DNA of 64,000 nucleotides, from assembly GCF_052425735.1 (NCBI RefSeq), contig NC_135760.1, positions 11,904,001 to 11,968,000 on the forward strand. Direction: 5' to 3'. Under the pieces are notes generated by a model, which did no database searches, was not told the origin of the DNA, and worked only from the letters and a program-made list of their open reading frames with translations. Both the position numbers and the translations under genes were made by a program. This DNA is from Oculina patagonica (Eukaryota). This document shows positions 50,231 through 62,843 of the stretch, piece after piece (the stretch's first letter is position 1; each line of letters opens with the position of its first letter).

Positions 50231-51109
50231 ATGTCGATAGATCCTTCTAAAAAGAACACGTTCTATGGTCGTTCCCTGCCACAAAATCTGGTTGACTACC
50301 GCTCTGTGGAATCTAAAACTCGGCTGTGTCGCGCTCTGCAATCAGGCTATGCTGTCCCGTACCTTTCTTTGTCCTCGTGTTTTAATACTCAAGCGGAGCC
50401 GGCCTATTGTGGAATCAGCACGTTAGCCATCATTTTGAACGCCTTGAGGGTAGATCCTCAACGTATCTGGAGAACCGTTTGGCGATGGTATTCTGAGGAA
50501 CTTCTTGAATGTTGTCGCCCTTTGGAGGATGTGAAGAAAACTGGAATTACTTTGGAAGAATTTCTCTGTTTGGCAGACTGCAATGGGGCTGTGGCGAACC
50601 TTGTGCGACCAAGTGACACGAAAGAACAATTTGAGGCGTTTGTGCAAACCTTAGAGCGAGTTTGTACTGGCGGTAGAGAAGTGAAGGGTGAAAATGTCGA
50701 CGAAGAAAATCCAGATGAGTTTATGGCCATAGCGTATTCGAGGAAAGCCCTCGGACAAACCGGTGATGGTCATTTTAGTCCCATTGCTGCACTGGACAAA
50801 GAAACCAACTCTGTTCTCTTGTTTGACACGGCAAGGTTCAAGTATCCGCCATATTGGGTACCAATTGAACTGCTGTTTCAATCCATGTTACCACTGGATA
50901 GTGCCACAGGGAAAAGTCGAGGCTATGTGACTCTGAAGGCAAAATATGATTATCAAGGAAGAAAAGTATGTTGTATTTTGAGACAAACTATGGATGAGAA
51001 TGCAGACACCCTGCAGAAAGATTTGCCAGAACCGAAACCATGTTATAAGAGTGGCCAAATGTCTTGTGGTGGCTGTTCTGTCACAGCCCCTACCCCTTCC
51101 TCCAGCTGA
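50231..51109 (+). CDS. pcs: Phytochelatin synthase (glutathione gamma-glutamylcysteinyltransferase), single exon, 292 aa from the first ATG
   Basis: Hallmark motifs TFYGRSLP, TQAEPAYCG (catalytic Cys), WRWYSE, GITLEEF.CLA.CNG, QTGDGHFSP (His), DTARFKYPPYWV (Asp), RGY. Confidence 0.95.
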   Translation: MSIDPSKKNTFYGRSLPQNLVDYRSVESKTRLCRALQSGYAVPYLSLSSCFNTQAEPAYCGISTLAIILNALRVDPQRIWRTVWRWYSEELLECCRPLEDVKKTGITLEEFLCLADCNGAVANLVRPSDTKEQFEAFVQTLERVCTGGREVKGENVDEENPDEFMAIAYSRKALGQTGDGHFSPIAALDKETNSVLLFDTARFKYPPYWVPIELLFQSMLPLDSATGKSRGYVTLKAKYDYQGRKVCCILRQTMDENADTLQKDLPEPKPCYKSGQMSCGGCSVTAPTPSSS

Positions 51110-52495
51110 AAATAATAACTGTAGCCCGTGAACAAGCTCTCCTGCAAGGATGGGGCAAAAAGAAAGCTCTCCAGGCTCTTCTCGGTTCAGGAGCTTGCTC
51201 GCAGGCTATAATAACTGTAATGACTCTGACAACATTATTGCAATGTTTGTGGAAAAGCACAATGTCAGTCATTTCCTTCTCACTTAACTCAAACCTCGGG
51301 TTGAAGCACAATTAGACAACTGACTCTAGTGGTTAAAAGGGGGGACATTGGGGCCTTGTTACTGCAGTATTGCAGCTTCTTTTGGCCTTGTTTTTTGCCC
51401 TCATGATAATGAAACCACCAGCTATGTAGGCTTTCACATTGTTTTTTTTCACATTTTTTCACAGTACTGCAGTGTTTGCTTTCCCAATGTCTCCCCCAGT
51501 CGGTTAAAGAAGTATTGTCTGTTTTAAAGCCTAGGTGGCTAACAAGGTCACCACTTAATTCCAGTTTCCAGAGCAGGAAGCACAACAGAGTATTTCCACT
51601 TACCCCTGGATGGGATGCTAGTCCATAATAATATTAATAATAATAATAATTAGTACATCACAGGGTATCCTCCAACAACACACACAATGAACCTAGCCAG
51701 GGCCCTAGACTGCAAAACAGTCGTATGCGAATGCACCCGGTCTTAATACGACAGCAAGAGGTCTGAAGCCAAACTCACTAACCATTAAGCCACTGCACCT
51801 CTCTGGAAGACTTGGCGACGAACTGCTGAAAAAGAAAGAGCGGGTTCGTTTTTTGGCTCGTGGAACGAGGCAGCGGTGGCTGCCCCCGACCGTGCAGCAT
51901 GGCGCAGGAGAATGTCCGGCCCTATGCCCACTTAGGGCTTTGGCCATAAGTCAAGTAAGTCACCTCTCTGGAACAGTGGACTTACATGTATTAGCAGCAT
52001 GTTCCAATTAAAATTTTATGAGTTGTTTCATATTATTGTTTCTCTAAGGGTACTTTCTCAAAGTAAGCCACAAATTAACAGAAGCTGGTCGCCAAGAGCG
52101 AGTTTTGTCTGGTTTGTGGCTCTTATCAGTCACAAGGTACAGACATGACCTCTTAAATATGTTTACATGTAAGCATTAGTTGTATTAAACCTACGATTAA
52201 ACCTAATGCCTAATATTTTCACACTGAGGGTTATTTTTCAAAATTTTGCCAATGGCTGGCTAAATCTTCTCAGGTAGAATATTCACAATACTTTATGACT
52301 CAAAACTGTTTTGTTCTACCGAAGCCCAACACAAGCTTCCATAAAAAAAAACAGTCAGATACAGTGGGGCTAAATGGTGGAACATCCTGCCAAACTACTA
52401 GAGGACTAACCAAAGCTAACGAACCTTTTAGAAAGAACTGAAGCCAAGGACAACCAAAGTGTAAATATTGTAAATAGAAAACTGTAAATAGGTCT

Positions 52496-52792
52496 GTGGG
52501 AGGCGCGATGGCCTAATGGTTTTCACGCTCGACTCCGAGTCGAACGGCCCGGGTTCGAGGCCTGGCCAGGGCGCTGCGTTGTGTTCTTGGGCAAGACACT
52601 TTACTCTCACAGTGCCTCTCTCCACCCAGGTGTATAAATGGGTACCGGCGAATTTACTGCTGGGGGGTAACCCTGCGATGGACTAGCATCCCATCCAGGG
52701 GGGAGTAGCAATACTCCTAGTCGCTTAATGCTACGGAAACCGGGATAAGCTCCGGCTGTATGAGCCTCATGGCTCGGACACAGACTTTACTT
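52496..52792 (+). mobile_element. Full-length tRNA-derived SINE; degraded relatives at ~7540-7710 (+) and ~51590-51800 (-)
   Basis: TGGCCTAATGG A-box, GGTTCGAGGCC B-box, conserved core TTGGGCAAGACACTTTACTCTCACAGTGCCTCTCTCCACCCAGG, and a short (ACTTT) tail. Confidence 0.85.
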
Positions 52793-53847
52793 AAATAGGT
52801 CTTGGTTATTATAGCACCTGGACTCACACGCATCAGGAGCAACAACGCTAACCACTAGGCTATCAGTTCACTTCAATCAAACATTCTTCAATTTTAACTT
52901 AAATTTGTGTTTCTCATACAAATTAAAAGAGCTGTTAACAGTAAACAGGCTTACTTGAGTGCATTGAAGGTTAATCGAAATGAAGACCCAAAAAACGTAT
53001 TTTTTAACGTTTTTTGACATATTTTCAATGTTTGTAACATATTTTTTGTCCAAATCGCAAAAATAAAACACCAGTAAATACTGTCTCATCAAAATTGCGA
53101 AATTTAGCACCTGCGGAATTAAGTACCAGTACTCTCCAATAAACCTAAACATACAACTCCTCTCTCATCATTGTCGTTCTTAATTACTACAGAGACGTAA
53201 CCACATGTCCTCTTAGAGGGCTTTTACTGTTATTTATCTTCTGAGAGACTGAAGTTTAAGTAAGCTCTAATTTGTACTTTTACTGTGCCAAATTTGAACT
53301 AAATGAACCTCAGTTTAATAGCATATATAAAGAAAATAATTATCACCCATGTTTAACTAAACATTTTCTAAACATGCTTCTATGTGAATTATGGGGCATC
53401 AGTTACAGAAAGTTTTATGTTTGGTTCTGTTTATTACTGGTTGAAGTCAATTAACTAAAGTTAAACTCAAATCCAGGGATTATGTTTGATTACTAAAATA
53501 TATTCTATTTACTACACAAGAGTTACTTGTAACCAACTAGAAAAAATATCTGGATTATTATTTTATTATACAGTGGAACTTCTGTAAGAATTTTGGCTGT
53601 CAGGTTTAGGTGAGTTTTGTGTGTAAGATATGGGGAGGGGGGTTGTTTTCTAGAGGTAATGGAAATCCCATGAATGAGGAAAATGACTGTATTATTATTT
53701 TGTTCCATTTTACCATAGTAGACCAAGTATATGTGTCTATTAATTATTATTTATGGGTGTAGTCAATGTACAACATTTGCTAAAATAGTACTTTTAAAAG
53801 TTACATGTTATGTTGGTATAGTCTAAGAAACTTTTTATTAAATGTAA

Positions 53848-55184
53848 CTAGAATAGTTTATGCTTAAGTATTAGCTGATCCCAGTCTGGGAAGTAATCCT
53901 CTCTTATGGCATAGCAGTGTGCTTCTAAGTTCTTTAACTCTGATCGAATCAATTTAGCCTGTGGACTGTTTGGAACATTCCAAAGGAATACTGAGACTAA
54001 TCCAAAGAGTGCGGCATCCAAAAGGCATGGTTTGTTGCCCATCACAAACTTTTTCTTTCCAAGCAACTGTGACACAGCCCTTAAGTCCTTTTCTGCAATG
54101 CTAAAAATTTCTTCTCTAGAGTGCCGTCCTATCCCATGACTCCAAAGGGTCTGCCGCATGTAACGAGATATCAACCAAGACATTACATGTTTCAGTGGAT
54201 TGGGCATCACTCCTAGCAAAGGTGACATTGTTCTTGCATCTGGCAGATCAGCCACAAAGCTGTGATATATTAGTGTCCTGTTATGAAATTAAACATGATA
54301 TTACTTAGAATTATTGTTCTAGATATGATTCAAGAAAACTTTTTTAAATAATTATGCCATATAATGTTGGAAGGGGTGAATGGAGCAGGGTTCTGAAGTA
54401 ATATTTATAATTTAAAACAGTTTGGCAGTCTAGTTTAGATTGAAATTTTGATGGAGAGCCTTGTAATTATATTTGAGCATGTGTTACTTAGTCACCTAAA
54501 TAAGGAAGGAATGATCTAAAAATATTGGCTAATTCTCCCATATCAACACATACTGAAAAAAACTTTTTGTTTAAAATAAATAAATAAAGTAATTAATTAA
54601 TGTCAGACCTTGGTCAAATATGCCACGCCCACCCTGGCTCCCTTCAGGGTGAGAAATGTGCGGATCAAGATGTTATAAAGAGAGCTGCTATAAATGCAAT
54701 TCCTAGTAATCACTAGAATGAACTAAAATATTTTATAGAGCTCGTACCAGTATGTATTCTCCTCAAGTGTGACCAGCATCGAGTGTGCAATAGCTTTTTC
54801 CACAACACTCAAATGAGCATCTGCGTCAAATTGAAATTCTTCATTGAGGAAACGAATTATAAAGTTAGAATCAGCGACGGCGCTTCCATCGTATTCAATC
54901 CACGGAACTTTACCCTTGCTCGACATATTGAACCCGTATTCGCTCTCATAAGGGATTTTATTCATTCTCAAGTATGTTTCTAACTTGAGACAAGGTGGAG
55001 AAGCATTTAAAACTCGATAATTAGGAGGCATTTGATGAAGGACAACCACTCCATTGCGAGCCTTTCGACTTGACTTTGGCTTTAGTTTCCTAAAGACTAA
55101 AATAGCCTGCACCACCAGTAGAAGAAAGATGAAAACACAGGCGGAAACAACAACACCAATAAATTTGTACAAGTCGACCGCCAT
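53848..55184 (-). CDS. FAXC: Failed axon connections homolog (FAXC/metaxin-like GST-fold protein). Exons 55184-54748 and 54277-53848
   Basis: N-terminal TM helix; SPPCLKLETYLRM, SSKGKVPWIEY, DSNFII, EENTYW, HGIGRHS, DLRAVSQLLG.KKFVMG.KP..DAALFG, YFPDW. The intron splits a TG|G codon in phase. Confidence 0.9.
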
Positions 55185-55569
55185 CTTGATGGAATTTTAG
55201 GAATTCGAACTATGAGAATTCAAAACGAGGTCAATGACGTCATTGGACGCCATCTTTACTCTTGAACTACAGAAACGAGAAGGAACGGTCGATAACAACA
55301 GCACTTTTCATGAATTTTAAGAAATTAAGGCGCTGCGAGGACCATCAAAATGCCAAAAATGAAAATTTTAGATTGCATAAAATAACCGTAAAGGATTTTA
55401 GACCGAAATTTTTTAGTATTTTTTGCGAAAACAGCCAGTGAATCATCAACTGTGCTTCCAGCTGATACGAAGCTTGTTATTTTTAACATATTTCAATCGT
55501 ATTTTTTAAGTTTTCGTTTGTTATAAAGCTGGACAAGTTTTAAAACCAAGAGCAAGTGTCAAATGGCGG
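55179..55569. promoter_or_regulatory. Probable bidirectional promoter between FAXC-like and C6orf62-like genes
   Basis: The divergent start codons are ~380 bp apart. CRE TGACGTCA at 55235-55242. YY1-like CGCCAT(C/T)TT at 55179, 55248 and (reverse) 55561. Confidence 0.6.
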
Positions 55570-58500
55570 ATCCCGCCTCCAGAAAATCAGCGACACTAAG
55601 CCGTTTACGCTCGCAGCTTCGACGAAAGCGAGAATCACTGGCGGAACAATTTGACTTCAAAATGTACATTGCTGTTGTTTTCAAAGATAAGGTGAGCCAG
55701 AATTTTAATACTTGGTTATAAGAGGCAAAATGTTTAAGATTTTTTTTTCTTTAAAAAACAAGACTTTCACACAGCCCCCATGTGATTGGTGCATATATTT
55801 ATTTCTAAGTAGTTTAATTTTAAAGTGCTGATCTTTCTCCTGCAGTGCTGTTGATTTAAACAATCCCTGTATTATTTTAATAAGTCGGTTGTGTGAAATC
55901 ATTCATGTCAAGTGTAAACAACTACCGTACTTGATTCAGGTGTTTGCGATATCTAGAATAAATGTTATTTTTCACCCTTATAAGAAGTTAGGACCTAAGT
56001 TCCAAATTTTGATGCTTGTTTAACACAGAAAAAGAAGTCTGCCTTGTTTGAAATAGCAGAAGTGATTCCTGTGATGACCAACAACTATGAAGACAGCATC
56101 TTGAAAGGAGTCCAGGTACTTGGCTGATGTTGACAACAGTTGCTACTTTTTAACCAAGCAGGTTTCCCAGTACTCTTTATTTTCAGAACTATGAAAGGGC
56201 TGAGATTCCCCTCTCAGGGGCAAATAGGGGAGTGCTAATTTCCTTACCGAGCAATAATGGGCCTCTCTTGGTAGCAAGGTTGACAAGCCAAGTCAGTGAG
56301 CATGTTATCTTTTAAGGCTACGTTTACACGGGACCGGACCGGAACCATTCCGAACCAGATCGGATTGGCCACTGTTTACACCGAACCGTTTGGAACCAAT
56401 CCATGTGTTTACATGGGACCGTTCTGGAACCGGTCTGGAACGGATCCATAACTGGACCTGCAAAAAAGCAGGTCCAGTTTTGGATCCGTTCCGGACCGGT
56501 TCCAGATTGGTCCTGTGTAAACAGAAAGCCTATCTTGTCCGAAAATCGGAACTGACCCGTTCTGGACAGGTCCCGTGTAAACATAGCCTAAAACATCCTT
56601 CCTCCGATTACTGTTTTACTGCTTGCAGGCCCCTTGTACATATAGTTACATTGAGCCAGACCTTTGTACATATCCAGTAGTTCCTTAGTCTTTGACAACT
56701 GCTCCATCAAACCACACAGTTTGTGGAACCACACAGTTTGATTGGAAAATGTTTAACCAGCATTTTCAGTTGGATCATATATAGCAAGCATATTGAATTG
56801 TGTGTTCATTAACAAGTGGCTAGTGTCCTTGTCGGTTGTGCCTAAAAATACTCTTATGGTGACTGAGCTAATATACGGGTACAGTGTACCCGGTAATTAC
56901 TTTGTCTGATTTTGTAAGCTTTGATGGGGCCTGTTAATTTACTGCTTTTTCATTCTCAAGGAAGAGGTATATTCACTTGAGAGTTCACAACAGCTTTTGG
57001 AAAAGGACATTGTTCAACTTCATGCTCCTAGATATCAGTGTTTGAGAAAAGTAAGTATAACTTACATGTCTGTACCCAAATGGGCATCAGTAATTCTTGT
57101 AGATATATCTATTTGGGGATATAAATGGCTATAGTTTTTCATTACTAGAGGAAATCCAGGGGACGTGCCGCTGGATAGGGTATGGTTTTTGACTCCTCTG
57201 GCCCTGAACAGGGTATATAATTTCAAGCTCCTCTGTCCTAAACAGGGCCTGAACCTGTCCTAGCCAGGGTATGACTGCAAGTCTGTCGTATTACATTGTT
57301 TCCGCTTTCGCTTCAGTGAAAAGCATATTTTTATTTGCTTGTCGATGTTCGCATTCCAATGCGTCGAACATCGCGTACGGGACGCAATCACAATCAAGTG
57401 TAAATGATTGTCAATTTTGTCCTTTGTCCTAAATAGGGTATTAGATAGGGGCGTTGTCCTACACAGGATAGGTATTTTAAGTTTTATTGTCCTAAACAGG
57501 GTCAGGGTTTCAAACGCCCAGTGGCACCCCCAGGGAGGAAACCAAGCTGGAATAACTTTTTATTAACATTTTGATCAATCCTTAGGATGTGATTGGATGC
57601 GTGCAGGAAATAGATTTCTTCCTGTGGCCTCGGAATGACATTGATAGGATTGTCTGTTTGCTGTTTTCACGATGGAAGGGGGATGAAACTTCTGAATATC
57701 GACTCATTCAGGTGACCTTCTTTATTTCGTTTTTTTTTTTTAAATAAAACAGTAAATTGAAGGGCTGCAGGCAACAATGTCCCCTTCAATTTTGGCTTAG
57801 TTGAACATGTTCAAAACAACTCCAAACTTTGCATGCAGGACCGTTTGTTTATGTGTGCTAAACATTGTCCCATTTTTTATTTCTCTTGTCTTTGCTTCAA
57901 TTGTCTGTGGGAATACTTCAGGCAGAAAAGTACCCTTTCAACATATTACTGCTATAACAATGAAGTAGTAGTAGTAGTACACACTTTGTACACGCTACTT
58001 TCAGAATTTACTAACAACCTTGAGATTTTTATTACTATTTCATTATTTTCAGAACTTTACGGTATGTTTTTTTTAATAACTTTATTGCAACACATACACG
58101 CACGAAAAAGACTACAGACTACGTATGCTTCAACTTTATGTCTTTCCAGTCCATGTTTCAAGGTAAAGTTGTTTCGCCTTTCTCTATTCAGGGCAAGTTT
58201 GAACTTGAATCTCATGACTATGAGAATCAGTTGCTGAGACTTCTAAGCAGAAAAGAGCGCACTGGTTTGATCATTAACAACCCATCACAATCACTGTTCC
58301 TTTTTGTTGACAAACACCATTTACAGGTAACTTTTAAAGAAGCAGCAGCATATTTTACATTGTGTTTTTTTTTTTCTCTTACAAAAACCTTTATTAACAA
58401 ATTTGTTACAATCAGTTGGGGATGGGGTACACTCTTTTTTTTTTATAAGAATACAGTTTTTCCGACCCAGGCTGAGTATTCTTATTTTTCTGCCGATTTT

Positions 58501-59084
58501 AGGCTGAAAATATTCTTACGAACATTCTTAGAAAATACCGTTTGACATGTCCGTTTTAGCAAGTATTGGTTAATCAATTACAAGTGTTTGGTGTCCAGAT
58601 CTGTATCGTGTTACATTGTGCAAGTGTTGCTTCGCTCCTTGCAGCCAGCAAGATCAAGATGTCGCGTCAGATAACACTTGGCGGTTTGGCTTTTTAAAAA
58701 CAAAGCATTCCTCACAGGGCTACAATGATGCAATGAAGGAAATGAAAACACCTGATTTTGTTTCAACTAAAAACATAATAAATTATATTGTAGTTACAAA
58801 TTTTCAACTCAAAATTATATTCTTTTCAAAAACATCAGCCTCGGGTTTATTCTTAAGATATTCTTAAAAATTCACAAATTTCAGCCTCGATATTCTTATA
58901 AACAAGATTCTTATAGAAAAAAAAGAGTGTATACACCTTATTCCAAAATGGCAGAAAATACATTATTCTTTTGTCTACATGTTAATTGCCCTTATGGCCT
59001 CGTTTCAAGCCAAAGATTCTTTTGGATTAGAACTGCAGATGCAATCAAGGCTATGAGGGCCAATAGGCCTTATTCGTATTCTTG

Positions 59085-59117
<33 letters not shown>

Positions 59118-59182
59118 CATGCAGGGCAATATCATTAAAAAACAGCTTCATGTCATTTGCATATGAAAAGATTACCCGCATT

Positions 59183-59215
<33 letters not shown>

Positions 59216-60365
59216 CAAGAATACAAATATGGTCTATTAACAGGAAGACAAAAAATAATGTATTTTCTGCCATTTTGTAATAAGGCGTTTGTCATGTTGC
59301 TCATTTGTAATGCTGTAAGAAAATTGGGAAATCAAGCAATGATATTAACAGGAAATTTTTTTTTTTTTCTGTAATTGCTTTACAGAGGCCCCACTAGCTT
59401 TTGGCATTCAGTTTTTTAATATTGTGTATATTAAGTGAAGGTTTTGTTTATGTATGTTCAGGTGTCTGTTTGATTGTCATAACTAATTTTTACTTTGATT
59501 TCTTTTTCAGACTGAAAAGAGAAAAGTTACAGTGTTTAAGATATCAAGTATCTGTCTTCATATACCACAAGTAAGAAACTTCTGTAGTTTTTTTATTTAT
59601 TTGTTTTCGTTAAACTGATAGTATTGAACCATTGAATGCTTGTGGTACCAATCCCACATAGACAGAAGTTCATTGGTACACACTGCTATAGACAAGTTGT
59701 TACTATGATCTTTTGGTTTTATTTTGTAACCTGGGAGATTTTACCGGGCGAGTGGTTAAAGGGACTATGTCACGGCTAAGTTAATTTTATGTCATTAAAT
59801 TTTGCCAAATATTCGCTATGAAACTAAATGTTTGCAAAGTAATTAATTCTTTGATACTAAATGACAAAACCATAGCTTCCTTGCAGCTAAATGTGTCTCC
59901 CGGGGGTCATAAATTAAAGTTACAAGCAGACAAGATTAACTTTGAAAACTGTTCCGCCGGACCATATTTCAAAAGCCCACATCGCAATCCGTTTCAATCT
60001 TCGACACTTTTGGCCATCCGTACCTTCTTTTGCATTTGGTGTGTTATTTAAATATTCCTTCACTGTTTTAAGAGGTTATTTTATACATTTAAACAAATTT
60101 GATGGTCATTTCCCATGCCTAAGTTTGGCTAAAATCCGTGACACGGTCCCTTTAAGAGGGGAAGAGTCACTAAAATATGTGATTTATAAAAGGGGAAGGT
60201 CAGGAGAATTTGAGCGTAGATTTCCTCCATTTGCAGCAGCCCTTCCCCCTCTCTAGATAATGACCAGTCCTTAACTGTTTTTGTTTTGTGTTGTTATAGG
60301 ACCAGTTGACCCACTGGGGCAGTGAACTCAGAGAGGATGTCCTGGCACCTTTCATGCCTGACTAA
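55563..60365 (+). CDS. C6orf62: C6orf62 homologue. Exons 55563-55691, 56029-56115, 56961-57050, 57586-57711, 58192-58326, 59511-59570, 60300-60365
   Basis: Spliced translation [95 protein letters not shown] matches the vertebrate C6orf62 sequence as I recall it. All introns are phase 0 GT-AG. Confidence 0.92.
56316..56588. mobile_element. PIF/Harbinger-type MITE in a C6orf62 intron
   Basis: TAA|GGCTACGTTTACACGGGACC...GGTCCCGTGTAAACATAGCC|TAA. Confidence 0.85.
58428..58931. mobile_element. TA-flanked MITE TACACTC(T)nATAAGAAT...ATTCTTAT(A)nGAGTGTA
   Basis: Terminal inverted repeats. Confidence 0.65.
58932..59289. mobile_element. MITE (CCTTATTCCAAAATGGCAGAAAATACATT TIR) containing a nested hairpin MITE at ~59062-59238
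   Basis: Outer TIRs plus an inner ~55-bp inverted repeat (TATTCTTGGTATTGGACTGGAACTAGCTTGCAATGGAGGCT and its reverse complement). Confidence 0.7.
59760..60151. mobile_element. Kolobok-type MITE
   Basis: TTAA|AGGGACTATGTCACGG...CCGTGACACGGTCCCT|TTAA. Confidence 0.85.
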
Positions 60366-62342
60366 GCCTATTGCTACTACCTGTTTTGCTGTCCGACTGA
60401 CCCTGTAAAAACTAAACTTTTAAACAAACATCTGTCTAAAAGCGTTTAAATTTAATTTATCTCTGTTGTCTTTTGTTTGTTTTGTTTGTTTTTTTGCTTC
60501 GTTTTGATGGTTAGAGTCAGAACGTACTACATGTGTGCAAGCGAGTCCTTCGGCTCATTCTGGAATAAACTTTTGCCTTTTTAAGATATTTTACTCTTAA
60601 AATTACTGTCAATCAGATTTAATACCTAATGACCAATAAAGTTCTCTTTTCCAAGGACTAACTTTCAGTGTCTAGTAGTTTATTTTTGTAGGGAGGTTTA
60701 TTCTTGGTTATCACGTGACGTCATCAAAATTCTAAAATCTAGAATCGCAACCCCCCTGTGTTTTTATCTTTCACTGGCTATTAGACGACCTTAATACATA
60801 TCTTGTTGAAGGTTTTTAGCTCGATCAGCATTCGCCGTCTTTAAGATAGAGCATTTTGAATTTCGAAGTTTCTCGCCACACGAGATCAAAGATGGCCGCC
60901 AGAAGGCTGTCACGTGTACTTACAAAAATTCTTCATATTGTGATTTTAACTAACTAACAGTTTAGAGTTTGCTAGAAGTGTTTATGTGAATGTTTACTTG
61001 TTCATGATATTGATCTGACCACTTTTTGTAGCAGAAGTCAATGCCAGATGTTTTTGTTGATTTCCGGCCGCCATGTTGGAGCCCAAGCAGTTGGGCTCCA
61101 ATATGGCGTTTCCATACTGTGCTCTCTAAATTTGCGTGAAACATTTTGATGGATAACTCGAGTACGGAAAACCGTACAGACCTGAGACTTGAACAAGTAG
61201 GTTATATAGTAGTTTTCTACAACCTGTAATATTCTTGATTTTTTTTACTCAATTGTTTTGGATTTATTTTTTAGCGGCGTGGCAGTGAAAACCACCTATT
61301 TGTCGTGTTAATTGTATGGGGACCGAAGTTTAAAATGAACACCTTGGTGATGACGACGTGGAACACTTGGATTTTACCCGTCTTTTGGGGAGGGCTTTCT
61401 CTGTTCTCGATTGCGCTAAATGCGCGTGGGAAACATATTGACCATTAGCCCCATCTACGTGGGCCTCTTGGCCTTTTAGCAGGCTTTAGAGAAGGCGCAT
61501 GGTACACCCCTCACTGAGCTGAAAACCCGAGAGTAAAACAATGGTCCTTGGCCCGGCTCCGACCATTCAGTTTTTGCGCGGGGATTTGTTTGTTTTGGGA
61601 GAAGAGATCACTGCTCACAGCTCGTGGACTTGTAATTAATCAGCAGCTTACGAATCTAACTGGTATCTGCACTCGCCAGTTCTCCCGGGAGTACTTTGTC
61701 TTTTCGAGTTTTATGATGCCTATTGTGATTATACTAAAGCGCTTGTCTCCGTTTCTTGTCCAAAATGCCTTAAAATTGCAACAGTTGCATTTGCGCTATT
61801 CTTACTGCTGCAATGTGCTTGTAACAAATCAGAGAAACGATGTCCTCAGCCAATCAGATACAAATCTAAACCACGTGATTCGACAGCCAACGCAAATTCT
61901 CCCGCGCTTGCGTGCCATCCGTTACATATTTGTATCGCTTTCTATAAATACGTCTTGTTTTGCACCTGCGCTTATAAATTGTTAACGTGTGTTGGAAACC
62001 CTGAAAGTTGTTAGCGACGGGCAAGGTGTCTCAACGTCCGTTTGTCAAAACAAATTAAACAAATTAATCAAGCACTTATTTGATGTCGTCATGCCTGACA
62101 GCGCGACAGCTGAATTGTTTTCCAGGATTAATATAATCATTTTATTGGTTGGACTCGCTCCATTAGTCAAACAAACATTAACATCCGTCGCCTAATTAGC
62201 ACTTTGTTTTGGATTTTGTTGAGTACACAAAGGCCTTTTTTTCTACTATATATTTGTTATCCCTACCAAAGAATGCGTTTCTTTCCAACGGATTCGTCCT
62301 TTGCCTGTTAATCTCTGACTTTACTGCAAGACAATACCACCT

Positions 62343-62843
62343 ATGCAAGAGGAATATTCTGGGACGGCCATGGATTGCAATAAGACGGCATCAGCCGTGT
62401 TGGAATTGAGAAATCGTCGTTTGTTTGAGCCACAAAAACTACAAAAGCGCGTATCATTCAAAGATGAAGCCTGGGTTATCCATATACCAGCTCGTGAGGA
62501 AAGCGATACGGATTTGCGAGAGAGTGTTTTATTAGCAAGAAGCGCCGTGGCGGGGCGCTCTGCGTTGATGAATAGAGCGGTCACGCCGAATAGAAGGACA
62601 AGTTTAGAAACGTTTTCTAGGACTACTTTGTATGCGAATTCAGACCAAAGAACTCCACAAACGCAATCATATAGAACGACTAGATTAGGACATGCAGCGA
62701 ACCGCGGCCCTTTCAAGTCAATCCTGAAAACACCCAGCCTCGTCCCCAGGCCATACCGCGCTATGCGAGTGAGCGGAGGAGGACTGGAACCGAGCGCGAT
62801 AGCGCGAGGCCTGGCACAAAATGGCAAAAAAGTCCCAGTTTAG
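62343..62843 (+). CDS. Hypothetical basic, disorder-like protein with RVxF and SILK motifs; the 3' end probably runs into a repeat
   Basis: 166-codon ATG-initiated ORF in unique-looking sequence, containing KRVSF and KSILK. No family recognised. Confidence 0.4.
   Translation: MQEEYSGTAMDCNKTASAVLELRNRRLFEPQKLQKRVSFKDEAWVIHIPAREESDTDLRESVLLARSAVAGRSALMNRAVTPNRRTSLETFSRTTLYANSDQRTPQTQSYRTTRLGHAANRGPFKSILKTPSLVPRPYRAMRVSGGGLEPSAIARGLAQNGKKVPV

Noticed and set aside
61548-62409. Run of three + strand ORFs upstream of the RVxF ORF
   Set aside because: They have non-ATG starts, no recognisable motifs and the composition of non-coding sequence.
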